This document shows, one piece after another, positions 1 through 13,300 of a stretch of DNA of 64,000 nucleotides. The position numbers were made by a program, and so were the translations under genes. Under the pieces are notes generated by a model. It made no database searches. It was not told the origin of the DNA and worked only from the letters and a program-made list of their open reading frames with translations. Position 1 is the stretch's first letter. Each line of letters begins with the position of its first letter. Source of the DNA: Podarcis erhardii (Eukaryota). Location of the stretch: NCBI GenBank assembly GCA_964252035.1, contig OZ176206.1. One strand, 5' to 3'.

Positions 1-35
1 GTGGAAGCCAGATCACACAGAAAAATTGTTTACCT

Positions 36-115
36 TCCCGTTGCAGCACTACCTGTTTATCTACTTGCACTGGTGTAATTTCAAACTGCTAGGTTGGCAG
101 GAGCTGGGACAGAGC
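36..115 (-). mobile_element. Sauria SINE fragment
   Basis: Reverse complement resembles 6655-6720 of the full SINE. Confidence 0.55.
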
Positions 116-1164
116 ATGACTAAACTGCTTCTGTTGGGGCGAGGTGCATAAAGTGGTGGAGGGGAAGTGCCCCCCCTTGCTGCATCATAGAACATGGACT
201 TGGGAACACCTGCCTAGATTGGGAACTTAGCAGGACTCTCCTGCTGAGGGCCCCGTTCCTGCCTCTCTCCACCTGGCCCAGGGCGGCACCTGACAGGCCT
301 CATAAGGACTGCTTCTGCTGCTACTGCCTAGGAGGTCTCCCCTGCTGAGAGCCAGCCACTCCACTGGTGCTTCCAGAGAAAGATGCAGGTAGAAGCTGCA
401 GATCCATTTCAGCATATTTATTCTGCTCCCTCCCTCTGCTTCCCTTGATGCCTCATCTTTTAAAACATTATGATGTGTCCAAGCACACTCAGTACACACC
501 CTTCACATAAGCATCAGGTTGGCCACTGTGAGAACAGTGGACTAGATGGGTCTGTGGCCTGATTCAGCAGGACTCTTAACATCCTTATTTGACAAACCAA
601 AGACAGTCATTGGGGCTTGGTAATTTTGTGTGTGTGAAAAAAATTATTGCAGAGACTGTATCCCCCCCCCCACTTCTTCTTCTTCCTAATTGTTTAAACC
701 AATTCCTCAACCAATAATTTATACCAAGAATGATATGTTGTAGACATTCTCCTCCTTTAAATTCCTGGGAGTTTACCTTAGTGGAGTTTACCTCCTCCTT
801 TAAATTCCTGGGAGTTTACCTCACTTGGAAAATCAACATAACTCAGGTAGCCAGAAAGGCCCATCAGAGACTCTATTTCCTCAGGGTCTTGTGAAAGAAT
901 AATGTTAAATCATGTCCTCCCTAAAAGAGGGCACGTGTTGCAGTGAGACCTGGAGACCGACCACCTGTGTTGTGGGTGGGTAAGATTGGTCAGCCACAAC
1001 ACCCGATTGTGTGCTTGGAGTGATCCAAAAACATCCTCTTGAGGACTGAGCATGCTCAGTGGCCATACTGCATTTTAAGTGGGTGGTGGTGAAAGAGAAG
1101 GGGAAGAGGAGTAGAATGGAATGACTGGAATCCTGAACAGCACCACTTCAAACTGAGACCCCAC

Positions 1165-1166
<2 letters not shown>

Positions 1167-1211
<45 letters not shown>

Positions 1212-1212
1212 T
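1167..1212. repeat. (TAA)n microsatellite (L2 tail)
   Basis: Direct reading. Confidence 0.95.
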
Positions 1213-1620
1213 TATTTATACCCCACCCATCTGGCTGGGCTTCCCCAGCCACTCTGGGCGGCTTCCAACAGAATATTAAAATACAATAGTCTATTAAACA
1301 TTAAAAGCTTCCCTAAACAAGGCTACCTTCAGATGTCTTCTAAAAGTCTGGTAGTTGTTGTTCTCTTTGACATTTGATGGGAAGGTGTTCCACAGGGCGG
1401 GTGCCACTATCAGGAAGGCCCTCTGCCTGGTTCCCTGTAACTTGGCTTCTCGCAGTGAGGGAATTGTCAGAAGGCCCTCGGTGCTGGACCTCAGTGTCCG
1501 GGCAGAATGATGGGGGTGGAGATGCTCCTTCAGGTTTAGGGCTTTAAAGGTCAGCACCAACACTTTGAATTGTACTCAGAAATGTACTGGCAGCCAATGT
1601 AGGTCTTTCAAGACTGGTGT

Positions 1621-2629
1621 TGTAGTAAAGTTAGTACTTCCCTAGTAGCTGTTGCTTTAATCTGTGGGCCTGTTGGCTCCCAGGGCTAAGGAGGACTACC
1701 ATGGGAAAGGAATTGTCGGGCTAAATTGAAGGCTTAACACCTGTGTTCCAAAGCTATGAGACCATACCCTCTGTAATGTTATCTATCCTTGATTGCTTGG
1801 GAATGTGCATCTGCCTAAGTTCCACTAGTCTCCATGGGAAGGGAGGAAACACCTTGATCTAGGTTCTGAAGGCTTAATTGGTTCAGCTGTCGCAAGTTAG
1901 AATTATTAGCCCACAAGCTGGTCATTGGAGAATTCAAATGTAATCAAGGGTTCTGATTGGGCTTGGGGGTTTCTGATTCCATGTACCAATTATGGATAAA
2001 AGATCTAGAGAATGGTTTGAAAGCACGCGCTCTGCAAAGAATCGACTGGCTGCTGATGTCCACCAAAGCAGCCGTCTTTTCGTCCTTTTGTGCTTTTGCA
2101 TTGAAGATTTCTCTGAGACCTTTGGTTGCGGATTTCTGAAAGACTCTAACTATCCTAGCTTTGCCTTGGAATATAGAAGTGAGTATATAGTCAGCTATAA
2201 TTTACAACGTTCTTATTTTTCTGGACTTGTAATTTACCAAAAGATGTGCCTGCTTATTAGCATGTTCTTTATGTTTTTAAAATAAATTTTAAGAAAGAAA
2301 TTTTCTTGTGTATTGTGTGTGCCTATGGCTAATTCTAACGCCTAGACTTCTTGGTTGCACTATATCAAAGGATTTCTGCCTGCAAGCTTGTGGAAGCAAC
2401 TTGTAGTTTGGGGTTAGCTGGTAACAAAGGAGCACAGCTGGCTCCCTTGAGTTGTGGCTTCTGGTAACCCTGGGTTGAGGGAGTGGTGGCAGCCTTACCA
2501 GTTCTATTTTGTCCTGTTTCTGGAAAAGTAAACGGGCTTGCCAGCCTTGCTCCAGACGCATGCTCTGGCTGGAGAAGCAAAAACAGGTGAAGGGGGGGGG
2601 GCCAAGTGGCTGGGTGCCCGATTACTACA
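1621..2629. mobile_element. Solo LTR (1009 bp)
   Basis: Ends TGTAGTAA...TTACTACA (8-bp inverted); 5-bp TSD GGTGT at 1616-1620 and 2630-2634. Confidence 0.85.
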
Positions 2630-3236
2630 GGTGTTATGTGGTCTCAGTGGCCACTCCCAGTCACCAGTCTAGCTGCCGCATTCTGGATTAGTTGTAGTTT
2701 CCGGGTCACCTTCAAAGGTAGCCCCACATAGAGCACATTGCAGTAGTCCAAGCAAGAGATAACTAGAGCATGCACCACTCTGGCAAGACAGTTCGTGGGC
2801 AGGTAGGGTCTCAGCCTGCGTACAAGGTGGAGCTGATAAACAGCTGCCCTGTATCACATATGCCCATGTTGCATGGGGTTGTATAAGTCTGTTTTAATGA
2901 TTAACCTTCTGGGAGCTTTCACTCAGAGCCAGTTATGTTAGCACCTTCTTCCAGGTGGGGGTGGGGGTCAGGTTTGCACAGACGTGCACAATATGGTCAT
3001 CAATGATACATATTTAAGAAGAAGTGGCTTAACACTTGGCCATTTGGTCCCATTGGACTGTAAAAATCTCAACCTCTCTGGTCAGTCGGATGACCACCCT
3101 CCGAATTCATATATAGAGTGGGTATGACATATATTTAATATAACTTAAGAAAAGGAAAGAAACATTTATCTTAGAAGGTCGATGAGCAGATGGTATATAC
3201 AAAATGCAGTAGGAAAACTGCTATATGACGGCTTAT

Positions 3237-3400
3237 CACTGGTGGAGGAAGAGGAGTGCGGGGGGAGTGCACCACCCCCGGCAGCACGATCCCAGTGGGG
3301 TGCCATCGTGGCTGCCCCCCTGCCCACGCTGGGCACCTCACCCCGCCCCACCTGCTCTCTGCCCCCCCCCCCGGTGCCAGAGCATGAAGCTCCAGCACTG
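3237..3400. mobile_element. hAT-like non-autonomous element
   Basis: 8-bp TSD cggcttat/cagcttat; imperfect TIRs; GC-rich. Confidence 0.6.
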
Positions 3401-3828
3401 CAGCTTATATGCAATATTTGTTCCCCAAATTCCCCACTACAGTATAGAAAGAGCCAAGGAAGGATTACAGATGAAATTGTTTTGGCAACATTTCACAGCC
3501 TGTTTTCTGGACACAGGGGGGCAGGGGTACCAAGCAACTGTTTGATGGACTTCTGGCATCTCACCTTGTACTTTATAGGCTATTGAGCTACGGTCACCAT
3601 ATTCTGAAGAGCAAAAAAAGAGGATGCTATGACGGCATTTCAAAGCAAATAAATGCAATTTGTCTCAAATTCAGCCCTGAAAAAGAGGACATGTCCTGGA
3701 AAAAGAGGACACATGGCAACCCTAATTTAGCTCATGCCCTAGTCATCCCATCTATTACTAAGAAACAAGTGTGGCCTTTTTGTGTTGATTTTCTCTGGTG
3801 TATGGTATGCAGCTTTGGCTGAGTGGGC

Positions 3829-3835
3829 TTATATA
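3829..3835 (-). promoter_or_regulatory. Candidate TATA box of gene C; decayed homologue near 30800
   Basis: TATATAA on the minus strand within a block (3790-4030) homologous to 30770-31010, each ~0.65 kb past the previous gene's polyA signal. Confidence 0.4.
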
Positions 3836-4489
3836 AAACTTTCCATTGTTATTTTTGGAAAACAAAGCTGCTTTCACACCAAGGAAATTAACCACACTAT
3901 CCAAAGGGTGGTCCTGCCCCTTTCACGAGCTCTACACATCTCCTAGATTTCCTCCTGTCTACTAGTTCATTCACCTATTCCTATAATTACTGTTTATGTG
4001 CACTTCCTGCTTGGGCCAGCTTGCATTGCTTCCATTCCAAATTAAATATTCCTCCCAGTTAAATATTCCTCCCAGTTTCCCCCTGTATTGGCACCCTCAG
4101 ATCTCACACTCTTTGTTACTTACTGCACTGGAGAACATCTGGGCAGAATGGATTGAATGTTCCTTCTGTCATTTTATCTCAATGAGCAACAGGCATCCTT
4201 TATTTATCCAAACTTTTTCTATATCTTCAGTGCTCTGGAACAATGATCCTAACCAGTGCTATTTTTCTAGAAAAACAGGTGCTGGAACTCACCATGAGCA
4301 CCTCCCTCATTCTCTTAGAATGGCAATGGCACCCATCTGGGAGGTGCTGGAACTGAGTTCTAGTGAGTTCCAGCTGGAAAAAAGCCCTAATCCTAACGCT
4401 AGTGACATGTGTGTCATATGAGTGGATCTTGTTTCAGCAATAATGAATTTTATGATTCCTTAGTTGGAACATGAAAAAAACAAGCAAAC

Positions 4490-4738
4490 CATGTGTTTGT
4501 AATTTTCTTTTATTTTTCCAAAGTTGGTGCCATCCTCCAGGTGGGTAGTGGGGCAGTTTTTAGTGTCCTCAACCGTCTATTACAAAGGCAGTAAAATCAG
4601 TTACAGAATTTCCTAGTATGATTAGTGATTGTCTGGTTTCACTTCATTGGATTTGGAGTGGCAATGTGAAACGTTCAGGAGCAAGAAGTCTTCATCAATC
4701 TGGTCCAGGAGTATAGGTATGTTCAGTCCATAGTACAA
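4490..4738 (-). other. Gene B non-coding last exon (3' UTR) with polyA signal
   Basis: Acceptor tttcttatttccag at 4739; AATAAA at 4509-4514 (minus); homologous to 31455-31715. Confidence 0.7.
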
Positions 4739-5220
4739 CTGGAAATAAGAAAATAAGTGTCATGGACTGGTTAGACATGGAGGGATGCTGGGAAGAACCA
4801 GCTGAAGTACCACAAAGGGAAAAATGCCCAGAGCCCAGAGAGTAGTGGTGGGACAATGGTGTGAAGATGAGGTGTCAGTAGCTGAATGGGTAATAGGGGA
4901 GAGTGAGTTGGGAGGGTTTGTGGCAGAGCACAGTTCAGAATCAGAGACAGAAACTGAAGCAAGAGGGTGAAAGGAGAGAGGCCAAGAGGCAGAGATGAGT
5001 CTGCTGCAACAAGCTCCCCTTCCTGCTCATCACTCAAACAGAAGAGGCATGAAGCAGGAGGAGCAAAGACAAACACACAGGCACAGCCTCAGATTGCTTG
5101 GGGGAAACCCTGGAGAGGAAGGGTCTTAAGCAGCTGTGAGGAGGTGGGGGGCCTTCAGTCTCAACAACTGCTTCATGGGGGGCAAACCTACCAGAAATGA
5201 GTTGCTGTGCTCATTAGGCC

Positions 5221-5775
5221 TACAAGACGTAACTGGCTGTACGTTTGAAAAAATAATATATACTATTCATTGTATTGAATTGTAGATTTCAACAGAAGTA
5301 ACTCAAAGTTCAATGAAAAAAGTAGAAGACCCAGTGGATCAGTTCATTCTCTATGCATAAGGTCCATATATGTGAAAGTGTCTATTCTACCTGTCTGTTC
5401 ACAAAGTCCAACAATCCACACGAAAGGTTGTTGCAGTTCCACAGAATCCTTTCACAGAGTCTAAGACAAGGATTTCCAGAATATTAGCCTTGTTTCACCA
5501 TCTTAGGCTTCATCAGTAGTACAAACTCATATATGACATCACAGGACAGTGGATCTTATAGCATAGTAGTAGATGCTGGACTTTATGAACAGACAGGTGG
5601 AATAGACACTTTCACATATATAGACCTTATGCATAAACTGATTGAGAATGAACTGATCCACTGGGTCTTCTACTTTTTTCGTTGAACTTTGAGTTACTTC
5701 TGTTGAAATCTACAATTCAATACAATGAATAGTATACATTATTTTTTCAAACGTACAGCTGGTTATGTCTTGTGT
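5221..5775. mobile_element. Long-TIR foldback/MITE inside an LTR-like insertion (~4758-5918)
   Basis: 5222-~5415 is the near-perfect reverse complement of ~5570-5772. Confidence 0.75.
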
Positions 5776-6551
5776 GTTTATTGAATATGTTTCACGTAAC
5801 AAGAGGTTTGTTGTTGTTTTGTGCTCATTAGGCCTGGCATTCTGCCATTTCTGTGCAGATCATGTTTTTGCTAATTCCAAGTTGCACAGTGTGATTTACT
5901 GTTGTCTCACTTCTGACAGCAAATAACAGAAATTAACCCCAAACATTCCCCAAGAACTAGTGATGAAAATCTTACTCAGTAGGGCATGGAGGGGGAAACT
6001 GCCAATGTTCCTGAACCCCAATCACCATCAGTCCTAGCTAGCAAGGTCAAAGACAATGGGAGTTACCATCCAACAATATCCGGAGGGCAACAGGTTCCCA
6101 ACCCTGACACAGAGACTAGTTCATTTTCTGCAGGCCTTTGGTAGGATTGAGGTGAAGTTAAGCACATTTGAGCCTCACTTAATACAAGAACCATGCTGTA
6201 GCATGTTCACATTTACCTGGGAGCAAGCCATATTGAACACAGTGGGACTTCCTCCCAAGTAAACATGTGCAGGATTGCCAACTTCCTCTAATTCAAGCAT
6301 TGTGGACTTGAGACCCTCCAGAGGTTGTGCTTCTCCCACTCTCATCAGCCTCAGCCAACATGGCCAAGGGTCAAGGATGATCAGAAATGCAATACAACAA
6401 CATCTGGTGGGACAGAGGATTCCCATCCCTGCTCTAATAGTGTAGGCCTTTTGGGGTCCATGGCTCCCTTGTCCAACTTCATTCTTTCAGGGTGTTGGAC
6501 TAGATGATCCTTGTGGTCCCTTCCTACTCAACTATTCTATGAGTCTATTCA

Positions 6552-6917
6552 GGACGCGGGTGGCGCTGTGGTCTAAACCACAGAGCTTAGGGCTTGCCAA
6601 TCAGAAGGTCAGCGGTTCGAATCCCTGCAACGGGGTGAGCTCCCATTGTTTGGTCCCAGCTCCTGCCCACCTAGCAGTTCAAAAGCACATCAAAGTGCAA
6701 GTAGTTTAATAGGTACCACTCCAGCGGGAAGGTAAATGGCTTTTCCATGCACTGCTCTGGGTCGCCAGAAGCAGCTTATTCATGCTGGCCACGTGACCCG
6801 GAAGCTGTCTGCGGACAAATGCCGGCTCCCTCGGCCAGTAAAGCGAGATGAGCGCCACAACCCCAGAGTCATCCATGACTAGACCTAACGTCAGGGGTAC
6901 CTTTACCTTTACCTTTT
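6552..6917 (+). mobile_element. Sauria (Squam1) SINE, full length
   Basis: ggacgcgggtggcgctgtggtctaaacc...(acctttt) tail; TSD atga(g/t)tctattcag; inserted in a CR1 3' end (~6480-6550). Confidence 0.9.
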
Positions 6918-7667
6918 ATGATTCTATTCAGTACTTTTTTTCAAGAATAATAGGTGCCAGAACTCACCACAAAATTGTTAGAGTAAGTCGCTGAGCAACT
7001 TGGGGCAGCCCTGAACAGATGCTGGTTTGACAACAGCCACGTTCACCACCTGTGGAGGTACTAAAAACTATGGTAAGCTGTCTCCACATGTGGTTTGGGG
7101 GTCACTCCTGGTTATGGTACAGGTCAGATAAATGCGCCCCCCGCTCCCTGGTTCTCTAAGGTTTGGGCAGATGGCTAGGGCAGCTAGGAAGGCCCTCGTG
7201 CAAATGTGTGCACATGCAGTAGTAGAGGTCTGGCTGGAAAGTGTAAAGCCCGCTGCTTCTACAGAAGAGGCAGATTTTTAAAAAAAGAAATACAAATTCG
7301 TCCCTCCCCACAGCTTGACCAATTGTGGCTGGGAGCAGCTAGCAGATAGGTGGAGTTATAGATCTTAAAATTGTGTAGACTCACACATGCTGGTCAGCTT
7401 CCATTCTGAATTGAAATGTTTGTTTTGGGCTCCTCAGAAGTATGTAAAAGCAAAAAGTGGACAGGGGGGAGTGCCGATTCACAATGGCTCCCACCTGATA
7501 GGTGCCAGAGCCATGCTCCAGCATGCTCCAGCTGAATAATGACGCTGATTTTATTAATTATTATTGATTCAATTTGTATACTGCCCTTCATCTGTAGATC
7601 TCAGGGCAGTTCGCAACATAATAACACAGATAAACCGTATGTAGATTATGTACATATAAATACTTAC

Positions 7668-7676
7668 AGGTCTTTA
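7668..7676 (-). CDS. Gene B 9-nt stop-codon exon
   Basis: cctgaacag|TAAAGACCT|gtaagt; flanks near-identical to 32257-32400. Confidence 0.65.
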
Positions 7677-10281
7677 CTGTTCAGGCGGATTATGGTTGAA
7701 AAAGAAGCAAAAGACACAAGTTATTTCTCTGTCTCCTTAGTGCACTAAGTAAGTCACTACAGGTCACTAAATGACTAGAAAACAAGAATTTCATTGAAAG
7801 GAAAGAGAGGCTCTCCAGATGAATGCATTAGGTATGCGGAACAGTCTGTTTAAGGCCCTAATCATTTTTTGAACCAGAATTCCTTTTCCCAGACATGCCC
7901 TCCCTTCTTTTTGGTACAATTCTTAAAAGCTGTTCACTTGAACTGCTCTGTCCGAATGCATTAACTACCGTACATCGGTTAATACATCCTTAAATGGGTT
8001 AATCTTCTATGAGATTTACTACATGCTTCTAGGAGCTGATCTTATATGAGAATGTTTTATGTCATAAGATGAAATGCAGACTTATAAGCCTATGGGATTT
8101 GCAGGTCTTTCTTGGCTGATTGCCAGTTCTCTTTGGTTAGCTCATAGTTTTGCTGTTTTAAGCCATAGGAATGGAAATGACTAAGCTTTGATAGAAGTCC
8201 CATGCCAATTCTGGAAAAGGGCAGCTGGCCAATGCTTTGGTGTACCTTGAAATGGTTTGGGAGGATGCCATTGGCTGACCTCAGAAACAGTGGCAGACTT
8301 TGGGCTCCCAAATTTAAGCAGCACCATGTGTGACGCTAAAGTCTGGCGGCATCCCTGTGTCTCATATTCCTCTCTACAGCATTGTTTTGGTGCCCCCTGC
8401 AGTGCAGCACCTAGGGCGACCTCACCCTCAAACCTTCTCTGAGGGCTCTTTGTGATGTTCCCAAGTGTGAAACAGAATAAATATTAGACAGGAGCACTGT
8501 TCCACAGAGAACTCAGCATAAGACCAGAAATTCAGACGTGTGCTTTTCCTCTGCTCTCATTTCTAAAGGGTTGTCCAAGAGAAGAGTTTTGCGCCAGAGC
8601 ATCGGTGGTGAAAAGCTCATTCTGAACCAGTCCAAACATAGGTTAGAGTTCAACGCTGAGCCTATCAAGTGGCAACAGTGACGGTGAAGAGGACTTTCTT
8701 CACCGCCTCTATTGTGTCTGTGGGCAACAGTACTGGGAGACTCCTTCAGGTGACTGGTAATCTAACAGATCCACCTTCACCATCAGGGCCTGGGGAGCAC
8801 CCCAAGATCTCCTGCAGTGATTTTGCAAAGAGCAGCCAAGGATGAGAGATAAGTCACAGTTCTGGACGAATAAATCTGAAGAGTGAAAAATGCTTAATTT
8901 CAGGATGCTGACAGCTGTGGTGGTCATGCATTAATATGTATGTTGACATTGCAAATGATCAAATAAAAGCATATTCATTTTTTAAAATAGAATTAAGATT
9001 GGCCATGTGTTCATTGGGGCAGTGTGTGTAGGATTAAAGTCTTATAGCAGGCATATCCAATGGGTCATGAAAAAATAAAAATAAAAAGGCTAAACAACTC
9101 TGGGGACTGTCCCCCAGATAAAAGAACAACAATTTTTTTGGCACTGTCCCCTTTAAAAAGCTCAACAACTTTGGGCAAATACAATGGGTAGATCAATGCC
9201 AGTTTTTTTATTATATTGGGAGTAGATCGTAGTCTCTTAGAAGTTGGACGTGAATGTCTTATAGCAATCAGAAGATCATATGAATACTTTCCAACAGTTG
9301 TAGGTGAACAGAAGAAGAGGATATGAACAGACCAGTTGACAAATAGAAAGATACAATGACAGATTCCTGTATTGATTCTATCCCTGCTTCTGACAGAACA
9401 CAGCCAACTGTAGGTGAATGAAATTTAGTGGACTATATCTCTGCGACCTTAAATCCTTGGTCTTTGACTGATGGGCGAAGGTCCACTACTGTAGGGATGA
9501 GGAATCAGTTGCTCTTCAGGTGGTGTTGGATTACAACTCCCAGCATCCCTGACCATTGACCATGCTGGTGGGGCTGATGGGATTTGGAGTACAACAGCTT
9601 TTCTGGCATTGCGTATATTGCAAAGAAAATGAAAATGCAGAAACCCACGAAAAAGAACATATACTTACAGGAGATCTCTTTTTTCGAAGTCCCTTCAGGT
9701 GAAAAAGCAAAGCAACATGACCAGTTAATACAATGGCAAACAGAGTACCACTGTAGTTGGTTTTTTCAGTCCACAAAGATACATAATTCCTGAGTCCCCT
9801 ACCCATCCATTTAAATTGTGCTTTCTTTGCAGTAAAATGGAAGGAGTGGAAATAACTATAACACCGATTCCTGAAATCTGTTAAATTGTAGGCGGAGATA
9901 CTAATAATGTAGCATTTTGCAGAGACCAAACTGCTGTGGAATAGAAACAGCACTCATTGTGATGAAGACATGTCAAAATGGAAAGACCGTAGCTGCCTTT
10001 GTTCGTCCCTAGTTCATACCAGGGACCTTCTTGATTCAGAACTCAGCCCTCTAGCACTGGTGCCAACTATAGGGGGCCATGGGGGCCTGAGCAACCATAA
10101 AAATGTTGTGGGTGCTTAGCACCCACATTGCAGGGTCTCCAATGTGACTTCTGGTGCCTCAGGAAGCACCAGAAGTCACTTCAGAGGCCTTGAGGGGCCT
10201 CAGAGGTGAAGTCTGAAGCCTTACAAGGCTGTAGAAATTGTTCTGAGGCCTTGTGAGTCTGGTGCCTCCGGTGGAATGCAA

Positions 10282-10317
<36 letters not shown>

Positions 10318-13300
10318 GAAAAATTAATATAAAAAATACCGCAGGAAAGAATGATTTAGCCATTATTATCTGTGGAAAACCATGACCAGGAACTTCTGAT
10401 TCAGAAATTTAAAATGCAAACAGAAAAAGCACATCTACTAGTGATGCATTGTGTGTGTGTGTGTGTGTGTTTCCACTGTTTAAATTTATTATCCACCCCT
10501 TGCCCTAAGGTCCCAAGTTGGGTTACAACAACTTAAACTTAAGTGATTGCTCAGTCAGAATAACTATTTTAATACACACAGGCAGATTAGCAGGAGAGCT
10601 CCCACCCCTGTAATGTAGAGTTCACAATTATATTTTGCTTTTATATAGCTCTGCTTCACATGATAAAAAGATTCCAAAAATAAATGGGAACAATGGGAAA
10701 TGGTTAGGAATACTCACTGGGAAAGGAGGAGAGGTAGGAAGTCCTCTTCCCTGAAATGAAGAAAGGCACAATTATATTTTACTTTTCTATACTTTTACCT
10801 CACACAATAAATGGATTCATGACATGAATGGACACCATGCAAGATGATTAAGAGCACACACTGGAAAAGGAGAAGGGGCAGGGAGGCCACCACCTCAAAA
10901 TGTCAAAGTGTACCGGAATTTCTTGTTCATATATTTTCTTGTCACGTAATAAACTAAACGGACCCCCATATCCAGCATAGAGGAGTGAAGTTGTTCATGC
11001 AAAATCATTGCCAATACCCACTGGCAAAGTTGTAGGAAAGTCTACTCCAGTCTGAATTATGGACCTATTGGATTACTTCTCATGAATTTTCTACATTTCC
11101 TATAATTTTTATGAAGGTGAACAGTGCATCTGAATTTTCATCAAGAGGCAATGCATTTTTAGAAATAGTAGTTCTTGAAAAAGAGAGTAACATACAAAGA
11201 TCATTAGCATGAGGAAATCTGAGGGAACCAAAATCTGAGGGAATCTGAGGGAACCAAGTCAAACAAAGGCTCCTTATATACAGTAAGTAGATCTAACTGT
11301 ATGACTTAGCTAGTTGCCAATATTAGCTTGTGGAAGTTCATTTCCCGTGCCGCCTATGAACTTGTCTTATAGTATACATTTTCTGATCACCAAGACAGAT
11401 AACCCAGTACTGTTTGCAGCAGCTCTCTAAGTTTTGAGGCTCTACTGCCTAAATTCCTGTCCCAGTCATTGTCCCATCATCCCCAATGAGCAAGGCCAAT
11501 GGTCGGGATTATGGAAGTCAGAGTCCAACATAAGCAGTTCCAATGAGGAACCTGTTCTACGTCAGATGTTGTTGGACAATTCCCAGTAGCTGCAACCAGC
11601 ATGGCTCATGCTCAGGGATAATGGGACTGAAAGCCCATCACATCTGGAAGGCCACAAATTCCCCACTAATTGATGTTGCATTTGGAGACATGCAAGCAAG
11701 CAAGCAAGCAAGCAAGCAAACAAACAAACAAACAAACACCCTGTTACTTTTCAGCAAAACTCATTTAATTCCACCAGAACCAGTGTTTCCATTCAAGATT
11801 TGGTGGTTTGTAGATCCCAAGCGGGACATGTCTAGAATTTTCATCAACAAGATGCCAAGCATTCACTTGCATGCCTGCTTTGCATTATATAAACCCTAGT
11901 CTAATGTAAATAATTGGGAGAAAAGCAATAACAAACCTAGACAGCATCTTAAAAAGCAGAGACATCACCTTGCCAACAAAGGTCCGTATAGTTAGAGCTA
12001 TGGTTTCCCCAGTAGTGATGTATGGAAGTGAGAGCTGGACCATAATGAAGGCTGATTGCCGAAGAATTGATGCTTTTGAATTATGGTGCTGAAGGAGACT
12101 CTTGAGAGTCCCATGGACTGAAAGAAAATCAAATGCATCCATTCTTAAGGAAATCAGCCCTGAGTGCTCACTAGAAGGACAGATCCTGAAGCTGAGGCTC
12201 CAAAACTTTGGCCACCTCATGAGAAGAGAAGACTGCCTTGGGAAAGATGGAGGGCACAAGGAGAAGGGGACGACAGTGGACGAGATGGTTGGACAGTGTT
12301 CTCAAAGCTACAAACATGAGTCTGACCAAACTGCGGGAGGCAGTGGAAGACAAGAGTGCCTGGCGTGCTCTGGTCGATGGGGTCACGAAGAGTCAGACAC
12401 GACTAAACAACTAAACAACAACAACAGTCTAATGTAAATAAAAAGAAACTCTCTACACAAAAGTAATAGGGTATACTCACTCTGGGAGGTGCCCCAACAC
12501 CAATAATCTAAAACAGAAAGCAAGAAACAATTTTTTCCTCATCATATCAAATTAAATGTTTTCTCCATGAACACTCTCTTCATAGCAGTTGGGGGGGGGG
12601 CGGAATTGTCAGGAAAGACTGCATTGTCAGGGGTATCCAATGCTCCTGTTCTGTCAGCACAAGGATTTATACTAGCGCAGTGGAACTTTCTCCCCTCCTC
12701 TCCTGCTGTGTTCCCTCCATACCCTTCCCAAATCCGTTCTGTTCAAGCCAGCCAACCCAAACCAATTAGGTAGGGGCAGGGGGAGTTGCATTGTGCAGAA
12801 TCGAAATGGAACCAGAGACTTAGCATTACTTTGGATATAAGCCATGGTTTTGACACTAAGATCTATGCTATGGGGGTTTTATGTTTGCATTATTCTGGAG
12901 GAGGGACTTAAGGAATTCAGAATCTGCATATTCCATTCAGTTATGCAGGAGAATTTCACTTGGTCAACTTTTAAAAGTGAACCAAAATTGATACTCACCT
13001 CCTGATCAGAATATAACTATATTTTGGATTTTCCACTTCTCCAAATTTGGCAATACTATTCTCAGCTTCAAAAAAATAATAATTCAAAGTTCATAAAGGC
13101 TTAGGATAAAATGGGTAGCATTTCACTAAGTTTTGCTCACAGCAGACACGATGAAATGATTGAACATTATTAACTTGGGTACATTAATCTCAATGAGTCT
13201 ACTTTGAGTAAACCTAGTTGAATGCTGCCCAGTGTGTTTGGAAACGTTTGCCCTGGGATAGCACATATCCTGAAATGCACAGCTTGTGACAAAATAAATA

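Larger units (their letters stand above)
1165..2850 (-). mobile_element. L2-type LINE 3' fragment with (TAA)n tail, split by a solo LTR
   Basis: ORF 1294-1563 is an RT C-terminus (…RAFLIVAPALWNTFP…FRRHLKVALF); resumes at 2630. Confidence 0.75.
3170..3835 (-). pseudogene. Remnant 5' end of a third paralog (gene C): TATA box, 39-nt exon, disrupted signal-peptide-like exon
   Basis: TATATAA at 3829-3835; tcttcag|39 nt (3565-3603)|gtgaga; hydrophobic exon interrupted by a hAT-like insertion, with a 1-nt indel and donor gt>at. Confidence 0.4.

Noticed and set aside
10580-10607. Exon resembling GGSSPANLP
   Set aside because: 28 nt (frameshifting) with a weak gtgtgt donor.
11080-13065. 67-nt exon (12999-13065) spliced to ORF 11080-11262 as a terminal exon
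   Set aside because: Needs phase 1/2 junctions, incompatible with the surrounding phase-0 gene and the downstream conserved exons.
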